From a virus (taxonomy: Duplodnaviria > Caudoviricetes), in IMG/VR virus record IMGVR_UViG_3300017914_002346: a stretch of 64,000 nt of DNA, one strand, 5' to 3'. Of this stretch, positions 48,753 to 58,189 are shown one piece after another. The position numbers and the translations under genes were made by a program. The notes under the pieces were generated by a model. That model did no database searches. It was given only the letters and a program-made list of their open reading frames with translations, and was not told the DNA's origin. The number at the start of each line of letters is the position of its first letter. The first letter of the stretch is position 1.

Positions 48753-50179
48753 CAAAAACTTAATATGAAATTCATAGATTCAATCTGATCTTGAGATCTT
48801 ATAAGAGGTGTTGTTTTCCAATCAGATACAATTATATTACCTGAGTTGAAAACTACCTCTCTATCAAAAGTTTTATTAATAGTATGAATTTTGTTAATTC
48901 CATCATTTAATGAGACTTGTTCACTATCTGTAAACTTATCATTTTCTTTATCATTAATATAGTTAATGTAATACACTCTATCTAAGTCCACAGAAACAAC
49001 TCTACCTCTTCTACCGTCATCAGTAGGGTATGGAATAATAATATCATTTACATTGAATGTTGAAGTGTTATCTGTTTTAAAACTTTTACAAGCTACATAA
49101 AAATCTTGCGTCGCGATTTTATTAGTATTTACATCAATAGGGTTTCTAATTAAATTACACATTTGATATTGATTTTGCGCTAACGGTAAAAAACTATCTT
49201 GAGGAATATTTCTTGCTACTAACATAATATTTTTAGCATTAAGATCTTCTGTACTGTTAGATCCATGTCCTAATCCGTCAGATATTCTTGCTGAAAGACC
49301 TGTAATCTTTCTACCATCTTCATCCACTACTTTTAATAAACCTTGATAACCTAACCCTTCACTTATTAAAGTAGGTACAAAAGAATTAATATCTGAATCA
49401 AATTTTATAGTAGCTTCAAAATGTTGTGTAATAAGATCGCTATCATTTCTTGAATCAGTAATTCTAACTTTAATTTCTCTTTTTAACTGCCAATCGCTAT
49501 CTCTACTAGTTAATAAAGCATCACTATCAATAGTTACATTGTATATAGAACCCACTGAAGCATTTTGTTGTACAGCATATTGTAAGTATCTGTTTGTACC
49601 TGCTACTAAAGTTTTAGCTTCTTCTGCAGATACTTTCTCTGGTACAGGTATATATTCTGAGTTTAAAAATCTTACTGCATCTGAATTACTAATTGTATAC
49701 AAATATTGCCATACATAATTATCACTAGAAGTAACAGGGGTTGCTGATGTACCTGTAGGAGGGTTTATTGAGGGTTTTCTTGGAGAAAATAGACATTTAT
49801 AAACGTTTAATCTACCTACACCACTTACAAACTCTCTTAATAGTACGTACGAGTCGTTTGTAGAAGGCCATGCTTCGTAAGTTCTACCTTTTATCCAATC
49901 TACTCTTTTAACTGCTCTGCTAACACCACCTGGTAAAATTCTATGTAGTGTAGTTGTGTTTTGGTTATAAAAAGCTTGATCATCTCTTCCATAGTCTGAA
50001 TCAGCTCCACCAAAAAATTCTGATTCACTATCAAAACTACTTGAGTAATTGTAGTAATCACTATCATGAATAAAAGTAGCAGAAGCATAATATGTCTCAT
50101 TATTAGTAGCTTCTTTGAGCTTACTATACATAGCTTCTGCTATAAGTAAATTAATATCACCTGTTACTTTAGCTGTCAC
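48752..50179 (-). CDS. gp8: Baseplate wedge subunit
   Basis: R.DW..G..Y, NVYKCL, PTGTS.....SDNYVWQYLYTI, F...EYIPVP; position after gp7. Confidence 0.8.
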   Translation of the reverse strand: MTAKVTGDINLLIAEAMYSKLKEATNNETYYASATFIHDSDYYNYSSSFDSESEFFGGADSDYGRDDQAFYNQNTTTLHRILPGGVSRAVKRVDWIKGRTYEAWPSTNDSYVLLREFVSGVGRLNVYKCLFSPRKPSINPPTGTSATPVTSSDNYVWQYLYTISNSDAVRFLNSEYIPVPEKVSAEEAKTLVAGTNRYLQYAVQQNASVGSIYNVTIDSDALLTSRDSDWQLKREIKVRITDSRNDSDLITQHFEATIKFDSDINSFVPTLISEGLGYQGLLKVVDEDGRKITGLSARISDGLGHGSNSTEDLNAKNIMLVARNIPQDSFLPLAQNQYQMCNLIRNPIDVNTNKIATQDFYVACKSFKTDNTSTFNVNDIIIPYPTDDGRRGRVVSVDLDRVYYINYINDKENDKFTDSEQVSLNDGINKIHTINKTFDREVVFNSGNIIVSDWKTTPLIRSQDQIESMNFILSF

Positions 50180-53100
50180 GTTTTCTACCCTTCATAGAAG
50201 TAATAGGATCTCTCCATACTTCATAATCATCATTTGCGTTAGCACTATTCCAATCAAAAATAGTTCCGGCACTATTATTTAATAGAGCATCTTCACCTAT
50301 TTGATAATGACGATTCCAAATAATATTATCTGAATCTAAATTATCCCATACAATAACTTTAAACGGAGTTTTGACTTTTTGATAGTCTGGAGTTCTTCTC
50401 TCTGCGTATGCAACTTTTAATTGTCTAGGTTTAATTTTAGCATTCTGAATGAAGGATGAATATCCGTTTATTTCCCAACCTTCACTATCTAATCTATATT
50501 GATTAATCTCATTCCAAATTCTTTCATAAGCTTCAATATCTTTATACTCTGTACCATCCTGATCTTTAAATGTTAAAGTACCATCAAGTCTCATAGCTAG
50601 GTTAAGATCAGAAGCTTTCTTAAAACTCATTTCTCTTTTTCTATCTGTATTAAACCACTTAAATGTTCTGGTATCATTAGTTGATTTAAGCCTGCCATAG
50701 TCAATAGCTCTATAAACATTAGATTCACTGTCACTCCATCTTAAGTGAAAACCAACTGGTAAATCTGAATCATATACGTTGTACAATTCATTGATAGGAT
50801 CAATGAATTTTGTAGAAGCTATTTGTACTGGGTCATAGCTTCTTCTAGTTCTAGATTCTTTCTTATAAAAATCTTGAACGGTGTTATTATATTTTTTAAA
50901 GTTATCTAATAGTTGTTTTACATAACCAGAACCATCAGAGTCTTGAGAAGTAACACTCTTGAGAAGTTCATCAGAATCATAATTTAAAGTAGAATCGTAA
51001 GCTCCATCATAATCTACTTCTTCTTTTCTAACTAGACCAACAGGTTCAAAATCAAACCAGCTTGTACCGTATTCTGATACAATTGCTTCATCGTAACCTC
51101 TTTCATAGTTACTAGCTCTTAAAGCATACATATTTTGATTTGTTTGCTGATAGAAAAGAAAACTGTTAGATTCATATCTTGTATTATCAGCAGTTACTCT
51201 ATTTTCGAGATCAGGATCCGAATAATGGTCTAAAGCTGTATCAAAAGTGAATTTAGTATCTTGAACTTCTCTACTTGATTCAGCAGTAACATTAATATTC
51301 ACAGGAGTAATCTGATTAAGATTTGTTTCACCTAATAAAATCATACCAGCAGGGTGGAGAGTTTTCTTAATTTTATCTCTCCAAAGACTAATTGAAAGAT
51401 TACTTTGAATAATATAAGTGTAATTTGAATACAAATAATTATCTTGAATAACACCACCTGATAAAGAGTTTAGAAAACCGTCTTCATTGATAAAAGTCTT
51501 AGTACTTTCAGAGAAAGCTTTTAACTGTGCTTCAAATCTAGCTCTATTATGAGATGCAATAACCCCTGTCAAAGGTTTCTTATTTCTTACAGCTACCTTA
51601 CCTGTAGCTACATTGTAACCCGCAACTCTTAATATTCTGTTCTTAGGTATATCAAATAATTCTAAATCACTATCAGTAGGAAAAAGAGTATTTTCGTATT
51701 GAGCTATAGAAATATTTTTCTTTGTTGAATCTATTCTGTTTACTAAGCCAAAATAACCAGTATTAGTCCATATTGCTATTTCACTATCTACTCCTAATCT
51801 AGGATCCGTAAAGTCATTTCTCCAATTAAATGTATAATCAGAATCATTGAATTTATAGTTATTAAGTAAGTTGTAATGATAACTATCAAGTTTATTGATA
51901 AACTTGCTATAAATTCTTACTTTAAATCCTTGATCACTATCTTCTGTAACTTCATAATTTAATCTATTTGCTTTGGTTTTCCATGACGTAGTAGCTAAAG
52001 ATAATCCTTGATCAGAATCAATTTTGTATTCAGAATCTATCCAGTTGAAATTTTCACTATCAAAATCTATAGGTAAAGTAATAGTTCTAATTTTATATCT
52101 TAAATCATCACTATCATAATTTATTACCTTATTAGCTCTAATAGTGATATCGATTCTATCTGAGTCATTTAAGAATGAATCATTTACTTGTCTTAGATAT
52201 TGAATGCTTACTACTTGACCATTATCAAAATTAACAGGACTTTCTGTTACAATATTCATAGGTGCAGTTATAGAGATATCACTCGCATTGTTAAAATAAC
52301 CTCTATCAAAAATATTCAGCTTTGCGATTGTACCAATATTTGTAGAAACAGGAGAAAAGATAGCTCCCTGACCTGATACAGGTGCTTTACTGTAAGGTAA
52401 ACCTTGATTAGAAGTAGAGCTAGCAGTAATTTTTAAATTAGGCAGCGCTCTATAACTACCACCATTAGTAATAGGGACAATTACGTTTTCAAAATCATCT
52501 GCTAAAAAACCGTTGTTTAGTTTACCTGTTCTAACTTTAAAACCATCTACTTCTGTTATTCTACCATTACTGTCAACAGCTGATATTAAAGCTGTACCAC
52601 CAGTACCATCACCTGGTGTAGCAGGAGAGAACTCAAATAAGTCGTTGACTTTATAGAACTCACCTCTATCTCTAAAGTGAATACCTGTTACAGATCCTGG
52701 ATTAACAGAATCAACAATAATATTAAAATTTTTATTAGCAGATATAGATTTTACTCTAATAACATCACCAGGAATATAACCAGGTGCATTTTGTTTAGTT
52801 GTTATACCTGTTAAAGATAACATCGGTTTAACATCAATAAAAATTGTTGTATCGTTTTGATCTGTTATTCTGTATGTCTGTGATGAGTCAAACTCATACG
52901 TAAAGTTTAGCTGTACTTGAATGACCTGCTGCTTATCACTATCACCTGTTTTACCCAAAACTTGACCGCTTAAAGAAGTAGCTATATCTGAATCAGTAGA
53001 AAAATTATCATCAGAATGAGATATAGGTGCTAGAGTAAAATCTATATCATTAAGTTTAGAAGCATTGTTTACAACTCTAAAAGTTACTAACGGAAAAGCT

Positions 53101-53537
53101 AGATACTTTCCTTCTGAAGCTTCTATAATATTCTCTCTAGTTTCAAAAAGATCAATATCTTCATCATACAACATTCTAAAGAATAATTCAAAAGACTTGG
53201 GTGAACCTTTAGCAAGATATAAATCTCTTATCTTCTTAACTAAAAATCTATCTTTTACTTTAGAAGTTTCAATAGCAATAGGTAGTACTTCGTTTTTAAA
53301 ATATTTAAAATATTTGTCTAAAGTACTGTCAATATCTTTATACTGAGCAGCATTGCTAATTATACCGCCAGGGTTATGAAGCTGTTTAAACAAATCTTTT
53401 ACGTTTTTAGATTCACTATCGTTTCTTTTTTCAAGAAACTCATAATAAGCTTCAATAAACAGTTTAAATTTATCATCTGACTCAGAGATAAATTCAGGTA
53501 AGTTATCGCTTATAAAAGGTTTAAGTACTTTATCCAT
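50169..53537 (-). CDS. gp7: Baseplate wedge initiator
   Basis: LPEFI....KF..FIEAYYEFLE, LYLAKGS..SFELFFRMLY, IQDNYLYSNYTY, KKTLHPAGM. Confidence 0.78.
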   Translation of the reverse strand: MDKVLKPFISDNLPEFISESDDKFKLFIEAYYEFLEKRNDSESKNVKDLFKQLHNPGGIISNAAQYKDIDSTLDKYFKYFKNEVLPIAIETSKVKDRFLVKKIRDLYLAKGSPKSFELFFRMLYDEDIDLFETRENIIEASEGKYLAFPLVTFRVVNNASKLNDIDFTLAPISHSDDNFSTDSDIATSLSGQVLGKTGDSDKQQVIQVQLNFTYEFDSSQTYRITDQNDTTIFIDVKPMLSLTGITTKQNAPGYIPGDVIRVKSISANKNFNIIVDSVNPGSVTGIHFRDRGEFYKVNDLFEFSPATPGDGTGGTALISAVDSNGRITEVDGFKVRTGKLNNGFLADDFENVIVPITNGGSYRALPNLKITASSTSNQGLPYSKAPVSGQGAIFSPVSTNIGTIAKLNIFDRGYFNNASDISITAPMNIVTESPVNFDNGQVVSIQYLRQVNDSFLNDSDRIDITIRANKVINYDSDDLRYKIRTITLPIDFDSENFNWIDSEYKIDSDQGLSLATTSWKTKANRLNYEVTEDSDQGFKVRIYSKFINKLDSYHYNLLNNYKFNDSDYTFNWRNDFTDPRLGVDSEIAIWTNTGYFGLVNRIDSTKKNISIAQYENTLFPTDSDLELFDIPKNRILRVAGYNVATGKVAVRNKKPLTGVIASHNRARFEAQLKAFSESTKTFINEDGFLNSLSGGVIQDNYLYSNYTYIIQSNLSISLWRDKIKKTLHPAGMILLGETNLNQITPVNINVTAESSREVQDTKFTFDTALDHYSDPDLENRVTADNTRYESNSFLFYQQTNQNMYALRASNYERGYDEAIVSEYGTSWFDFEPVGLVRKEEVDYDGAYDSTLNYDSDELLKSVTSQDSDGSGYVKQLLDNFKKYNNTVQDFYKKESRTRRSYDPVQIASTKFIDPINELYNVYDSDLPVGFHLRWSDSESNVYRAIDYGRLKSTNDTRTFKWFNTDRKREMSFKKASDLNLAMRLDGTLTFKDQDGTEYKDIEAYERIWNEINQYRLDSEGWEINGYSSFIQNAKIKPRQLKVAYAERRTPDYQKVKTPFKVIVWDNLDSDNIIWNRHYQIGEDALLNNSAGTIFDWNSANANDDYEVWRDPITSMKGRKRDS

Positions 53538-55342
53538 TAGATACTACGTGATATGTTTAAGTTTTTAATAGTCGCTGTTTCGTTCTTTTCTAATACATCT
53601 ACAATTGAATCATCAGTAGCTACTTGTAGAATAATATTATTGTCTGCTTGAACATCAAACGAGTCCGGTATAACTGTAAACTCGATTGTTGTATCAGTAG
53701 GATCGAAATCTTGAATAGTTATGGCACCGGTTTCATAATTAATTGTCCCTGCGTTAGGTTCTACAGTTATTTTTTTGTCATCTACTATATCGAAAAGTCT
53801 TATATTACCAAAACCGTCTTCATCAAAACCTGATTGATTAGTTCTTCCTTCTCTTAAGAATAGATTAGTTGAAAGTATACCACCATTTGCAGAATTAAAT
53901 CCATCATTAGGATGGTAAAGTTTATTATTATAAGTCCAGTTATAGAAAGCTAAAGTTCCACCAGTTACTTTATTATCAACTCTTAATGAAACTCTAGTAT
54001 TAGAACTTTCTATAGCACTGTCAAGATCTTGAATTTGAGAAGAAAGATAAGATTCTCTAAAATTGTTTAAAAACTCTCCTAAGTAAACGGTGTTTAAATT
54101 ACTTAATAAACTAGTAATTCTAGCTTTTAATGCTGCTCTATTTGTTACTAGTTTAGTATCATCATAAATAGCTACTGTCTTTAAAACTACTTTAAGAATA
54201 AACGGGTCAACAAACTCTGGTCTTACAGTTACAACACTTGACTTGTTAAGTATGGTTGTTAAAAGTGTATCTTTAGTTGATGCTGTCAGCTTATCGCCTG
54301 ATTTAGGTTTAATAGCAATAAAAACTTTACCAGGTTGATTTACTTTTTCACCACCATAGACATTGATTGATTGAATGTCGGAAAATTTGTTTTTAAGTAA
54401 TGCTGAATAATCGTTTTCTGTAACAGCTCTGAACTGAGCTTGATACCAATGAGGAGCATTATCTTTAATCTCTTGAATAGACTCAGGGCTTTGACCGTTT
54501 TGAGATATATTAGGTGTACCTGAAATGGTAATATCTGTTCTACCTGGAACATTTACAGAGAAACTTTTGACACCATTTGCAGCTTCTCCAGATGATTGTA
54601 AAAATGTAGCAATAATTTCATCACTTATGTTAAGTTTTTTACCTATTACATTATTACCAAAAATAATTTTTAAAGTTCTATCTCTAGTTTCTTCAACAAA
54701 ATATAACTCACTGTTTCTGTTTTGACCAACAATACCTTCTTCTTCAGGAGTAACTTGATTAAACTTAGTACCGTTAACTGAAACTGTTAAGGTGCTGTTA
54801 TCAATATTAGTGTATCCTAGATCGAATGCAGGAAACTCTGTAGTTTTATCAGTATGCACAAATCTTTGAGTAAACAGTTTACCTTCAAATACATCAACAG
54901 TAATGGTATTGGAACTTTGAGCAGAACTAAAGTTTACAGTATAATCTTGTATAGTATAAAAATTAAAAGTTAAACTACCACTTGTAGCTTTAAATAAACT
55001 TCCAGCGGGTATAACAAAAAAACCTTCATTTGATAATCTAGGAACGTTTAATTTAATTTTTGTTGTAGAACATTTAGCAGTTCTTGGTAAATAATTTAAA
55101 CTTTTAGCTAATGAAACTACATTTGATCTTACTAATGCAGTATCAATAAATGATTCATTAAGCATAAAATTAGCTGCTAATGAGTTGTAATGGGTATTAT
55201 AAGCTAAAATATCCATTAATAAGTTTAAACCTGAACCAGCAAATTCATAATCTGCAAATTCAGGCCTATTCTTAAAATAGGTTATCATATCATCTTTAAT
55301 AGATTGGAAATCTAAATCACTAACTACTGGTCTATTGTCCAT
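53537..55342 (-). CDS. gp6: Baseplate wedge subunit
   Basis: LDFQSIK, DYEFAGSGLN.LMDILAYNTHY, NESFIDTA..RSNVVSLAK, RAVTENDY, GKVFIAIKP. Confidence 0.95.
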   Translation of the reverse strand: MDNRPVVSDLDFQSIKDDMITYFKNRPEFADYEFAGSGLNLLMDILAYNTHYNSLAANFMLNESFIDTALVRSNVVSLAKSLNYLPRTAKCSTTKIKLNVPRLSNEGFFVIPAGSLFKATSGSLTFNFYTIQDYTVNFSSAQSSNTITVDVFEGKLFTQRFVHTDKTTEFPAFDLGYTNIDNSTLTVSVNGTKFNQVTPEEEGIVGQNRNSELYFVEETRDRTLKIIFGNNVIGKKLNISDEIIATFLQSSGEAANGVKSFSVNVPGRTDITISGTPNISQNGQSPESIQEIKDNAPHWYQAQFRAVTENDYSALLKNKFSDIQSINVYGGEKVNQPGKVFIAIKPKSGDKLTASTKDTLLTTILNKSSVVTVRPEFVDPFILKVVLKTVAIYDDTKLVTNRAALKARITSLLSNLNTVYLGEFLNNFRESYLSSQIQDLDSAIESSNTRVSLRVDNKVTGGTLAFYNWTYNNKLYHPNDGFNSANGGILSTNLFLREGRTNQSGFDEDGFGNIRLFDIVDDKKITVEPNAGTINYETGAITIQDFDPTDTTIEFTVIPDSFDVQADNNIILQVATDDSIVDVLEKNETATIKNLNISRSI

Positions 55343-55746
55343 TATCTAAGCCTTTTAAGTACTGTTTCAAAATCAGTAACAATATTTTTGCTTAATATTC
55401 TATATTGTAAGTTAATATGATAAGCATTCTGATCTTGTAAATCTTCTATGAATAAATTAAGAATTTCTATTCTAGGTTCATGATTTTGCAAAGTCTCTTT
55501 GATAGCGCTTCTTATTTCTTCAATAGTAATAGGATCCGCTAACTCAAAAAGTAAACCTCTAATATTACAGCCAAACAAAGGATTGAAAGGTCTTTCATAA
55601 TAATTTGTATTAATCAAGTTTTTTACGCTTTGATTAATCGCATTTACATCAGACTTAGTTCCTATATCTCCTGTTATTGGGTTATTTGAAAAAGAGATAT
55701 CAAAATCTTTAAATACATTTTTTGTTTCAAACGTTTGTTGTGCCAT
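55342..55746 (-). CDS. gp25: Baseplate wedge subunit (sheath initiator)
   Basis: FKDFDISF..NP, AINQSVKNLI.T...ERPFNP.FG, HEPRI. Confidence 0.93.
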   Translation of the reverse strand: MAQQTFETKNVFKDFDISFSNNPITGDIGTKSDVNAINQSVKNLINTNYYERPFNPLFGCNIRGLLFELADPITIEEIRSAIKETLQNHEPRIEILNLFIEDLQDQNAYHINLQYRILSKNIVTDFETVLKRLR

Positions 55747-55750
55747 GTTT

Positions 55751-55768
55751 TATTTATTTAGATAAATA
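55751..55768. promoter_or_regulatory. Divergent late promoter candidates: AATAAATA (minus, 55758-55751) and GATAAATA (plus, 55761-55768)
   Basis: Both lie in the 59-nt gap between divergent genes. Confidence 0.55.
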
Positions 55769-55805
55769 CAATTGATAGAGCTCTTTACATGTAAAGGTAT
55801 GATAT

Positions 55806-57275
55806 ATGTCTGGTAGAAAAAACCACGGAAACAACGCAAAAAGGTTTGACGTAAACGCTTTCTATGCTAATCTTAGAAAAGCTAAAGTATTAGAATTACT
55901 TGATAAAGACGGAAACACCCCATACGACTCAGATGCTATAGACAACAGTGTATGGGAATATGCTGCATACCTTTACAACGATATTAATAACTTAGGAATT
56001 CTATCATATTTTGATTCAGATTCATTTAGACATGATTCAGATGGTAGTGGAGAAAATGGTTTTGGTGATCCTATCACTAGAACAGCAGCGGTTACTAAAG
56101 TTTATAATCCATTAAGACGTTTTCTATATTCAGTAGATAATCAAGATGGTATTGACGATTCTGATGATGTTATTACTTCTGGGTTTAGAAGAAAATATTA
56201 TACACTTCCTATGTCCGATTCTGAAGGTACTTTAAGACATGTTAATATCTATACGATTCTTAAAGCACACTTTAATAGATGGTTAAAATATGATCCTTAT
56301 GAAAGACGTTATATAGCAAAAAGAGTGTTTGATGTACTGAATGCAGATTCAGATATGAGATACGATTTTGCTAGAATGACTGTTGTAGCTTTCGAAGAAG
56401 ATTCTGATCTTATGAGAAGAGTAGTAGAACAAGTAAGTAATGTTCTACAAAGCGACTCTGAAATAAGAAACGAAATGGTTTTAACTACCATTACAGCTTT
56501 TCAAAATGATTCAGATGCAGCTAGAAGTTTAATTGATATTATTCATAATGTTTATCAAACAGACTCTGATAGAAGAGTTACTTTAATTAATCATGTGATG
56601 ACAGGTTTTGAGAATGACTCAGACTCTGCTAGACGTTTTGAGCAAATAATTAGTAATGTATATCAAAACGATTCTGATACTATAACTAATTTAGTTACTC
56701 TTATTAATAGAGTATATCAACATGATTCTGATAAAATAAGTCAGATTGTAACTTTAATCAATAGAGTATATCAAAACGACTCAGATAAAATTAGTAATTT
56801 AGTTACATTAATTAACAGAGTATATCAAAACGATTCTGACAAAGCAATACATCTTACTCAAACTATTGTTAATGTGTTAGAATCTGATTCAGATTCTGCT
56901 AATAAGCTCACAGAAGTAATTCTAAATCAAATAGAGAACGATTCTGATTATCAGACTATTTTCAGTACTATCTTAAATTCAACACCTATTACACAACTTA
57001 TACCAGGTAGTTCTACAACTAACACTTTCTTAGGTGATTCTGATCATCACTTCCATTTTGGTTTCATAAACAATTTAGTTGTAGATAGTGAATTACGTAT
57101 TACAGATGGCACCGTAGTAGTTGATAGTGATTCTACATTAAAGATAGAAGGTGACATAGAAATAGACAATGTTAAGTTAAAACATGCTATGTTATTTTCT
57201 ATTAAGAATGTAAGTGGTGATCCTGTTATGCAAGGTTACTTATTATCACCTCAAGATTCAGAAATAATTATTTAA
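55806..57275 (+). CDS. DSD-rich protein with twelve 18-aa helical repeats, probably virion-associated, 489 aa
   Basis: Repeats of type VYQNDSDKISNLVTLINR; C-terminus resembles that of the 377-aa fibre-related protein. Confidence 0.7.
   Translation: MSGRKNHGNNAKRFDVNAFYANLRKAKVLELLDKDGNTPYDSDAIDNSVWEYAAYLYNDINNLGILSYFDSDSFRHDSDGSGENGFGDPITRTAAVTKVYNPLRRFLYSVDNQDGIDDSDDVITSGFRRKYYTLPMSDSEGTLRHVNIYTILKAHFNRWLKYDPYERRYIAKRVFDVLNADSDMRYDFARMTVVAFEEDSDLMRRVVEQVSNVLQSDSEIRNEMVLTTITAFQNDSDAARSLIDIIHNVYQTDSDRRVTLINHVMTGFENDSDSARRFEQIISNVYQNDSDTITNLVTLINRVYQHDSDKISQIVTLINRVYQNDSDKISNLVTLINRVYQNDSDKAIHLTQTIVNVLESDSDSANKLTEVILNQIENDSDYQTIFSTILNSTPITQLIPGSSTTNTFLGDSDHHFHFGFINNLVVDSELRITDGTVVVDSDSTLKIEGDIEIDNVKLKHAMLFSIKNVSGDPVMQGYLLSPQDSEIII
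56334..56981 (+). repeat. 12 x 54-bp (18-aa) coding tandem repeat, each with DSD/DSE at positions 5-7
   Basis: Read directly; exact register with no indels. Confidence 0.92.
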
Positions 57276-57715
57276 GATAAGAATAACTCTTTTTCGTCAG
57301 CTCTTCTTTTAACTAATCCTTTGAGTACTTTACCACCTGCTCTACGCCATTTCCAGAACTCATTCGACGCGCCTTCATAATCCCCTCTGTTGAGTTTCGA
57401 TCTGAGCGTACTCGATTGATAGTTTCCAAGACCCACGTTAAATGAAAAAGACACCAAAGCGTCAAATTGACCTTGCGAAAGACTGACTTTTGTGAGTCTT
57501 TCGATACCATCTTCAAAACGGATAAGATCATCATACAAGATTTGATCAATCTCTTCATCTGTGAACTCCTTATTCCATTCTTTTGGTAACTTTTTACCAT
57601 CACCAATAAGATGACCTACACCTACAGTCCACAACCCAATTGGATCTTGATAAGGTTTACGAACAAACCCCTCATGGTGTTTAATCATCTTAATGCACTT
57701 ATCGCTTACCTTCAT
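57272..57715 (-). CDS. Phage lysozyme (GH24) endolysin
   Basis: IKHHEG...PYQDPIGLWTVGVGH (E-x8-D-x5-T), QFDALVSFSFNVG, GLVKRRADEK.LF. Confidence 0.93.
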   Translation of the reverse strand: MKVSDKCIKMIKHHEGFVRKPYQDPIGLWTVGVGHLIGDGKKLPKEWNKEFTDEEIDQILYDDLIRFEDGIERLTKVSLSQGQFDALVSFSFNVGLGNYQSSTLRSKLNRGDYEGASNEFWKWRRAGGKVLKGLVKRRADEKELFLS

Positions 57716-58164
57716 TTTTTAACTGCTCTAGAACCAAACCAGAAAGCAATAATAGCAGCGAATATAGCTTGTGTTTCTTCTGACCATAGAGTCTCTGTTA
57801 CAGCGGCTACATCACCACCATCACGAAGTACCACATAAACTGCTACTCCTTCTACAAAAAAGAAAAGTAAGAAAAACAAATATGTGATTACAGGTCTAAC
57901 AGAAGAACGCATATTGTTAACCCAAGTAGATGCATGGGCAGCTGACTTAGTATCATGTTCTAATAAACCTATCTCTCTTTGAATTTCTGATTGTAAGAGC
58001 ATCGCTTCTGCTTTAGCGTTTTGTAATCTTTCTTCTCTTTCGATCTGAAGAGCCATTACTTCCAATTCATGCTTCTTATCTTTACCATCCTGCCATGTAT
58101 CCAATAATTTAGGTACAAAAGAAGTACCAAACCCTAATGCAGTTGAAATAATAGTTGATATCAT
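57712..58164 (-). CDS. Holin-like membrane protein
   Basis: Hydrophobic segments, SVRPVITY, IIAFWFGSR; overlaps the lysozyme start. Confidence 0.7.
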   Translation of the reverse strand: MISTIISTALGFGTSFVPKLLDTWQDGKDKKHELEVMALQIEREERLQNAKAEAMLLQSEIQREIGLLEHDTKSAAHASTWVNNMRSSVRPVITYLFFLLFFFVEGVAVYVVLRDGGDVAAVTETLWSEETQAIFAAIIAFWFGSRAVKK

Positions 58165-58181
58165 AATAAAACTCCTTTATA

Positions 58182-58189
58182 TATTTATT
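58182..58189 (-). promoter_or_regulatory. Late promoter candidate AATAAATA for the lysis cassette
   Basis: Upstream of an AGGAG RBS and ATG at 58164. Confidence 0.55.

Noticed and set aside
56334-56981. 54-bp periodic repeats as a CRISPR array
   Set aside because: In-frame coding repeats with synonymous variation; no constant repeat with unique spacers and no cas genes.
2173-57275. Abundant GANTC sites (GATTC/GACTC) as a DNA-level signal such as CcrM methylation targets
   Set aside because: They arise from Asp-Ser(TCN) codons in frame; many motifs use GAT AGT GAT, which has no GANTC, so the pattern is protein-level.
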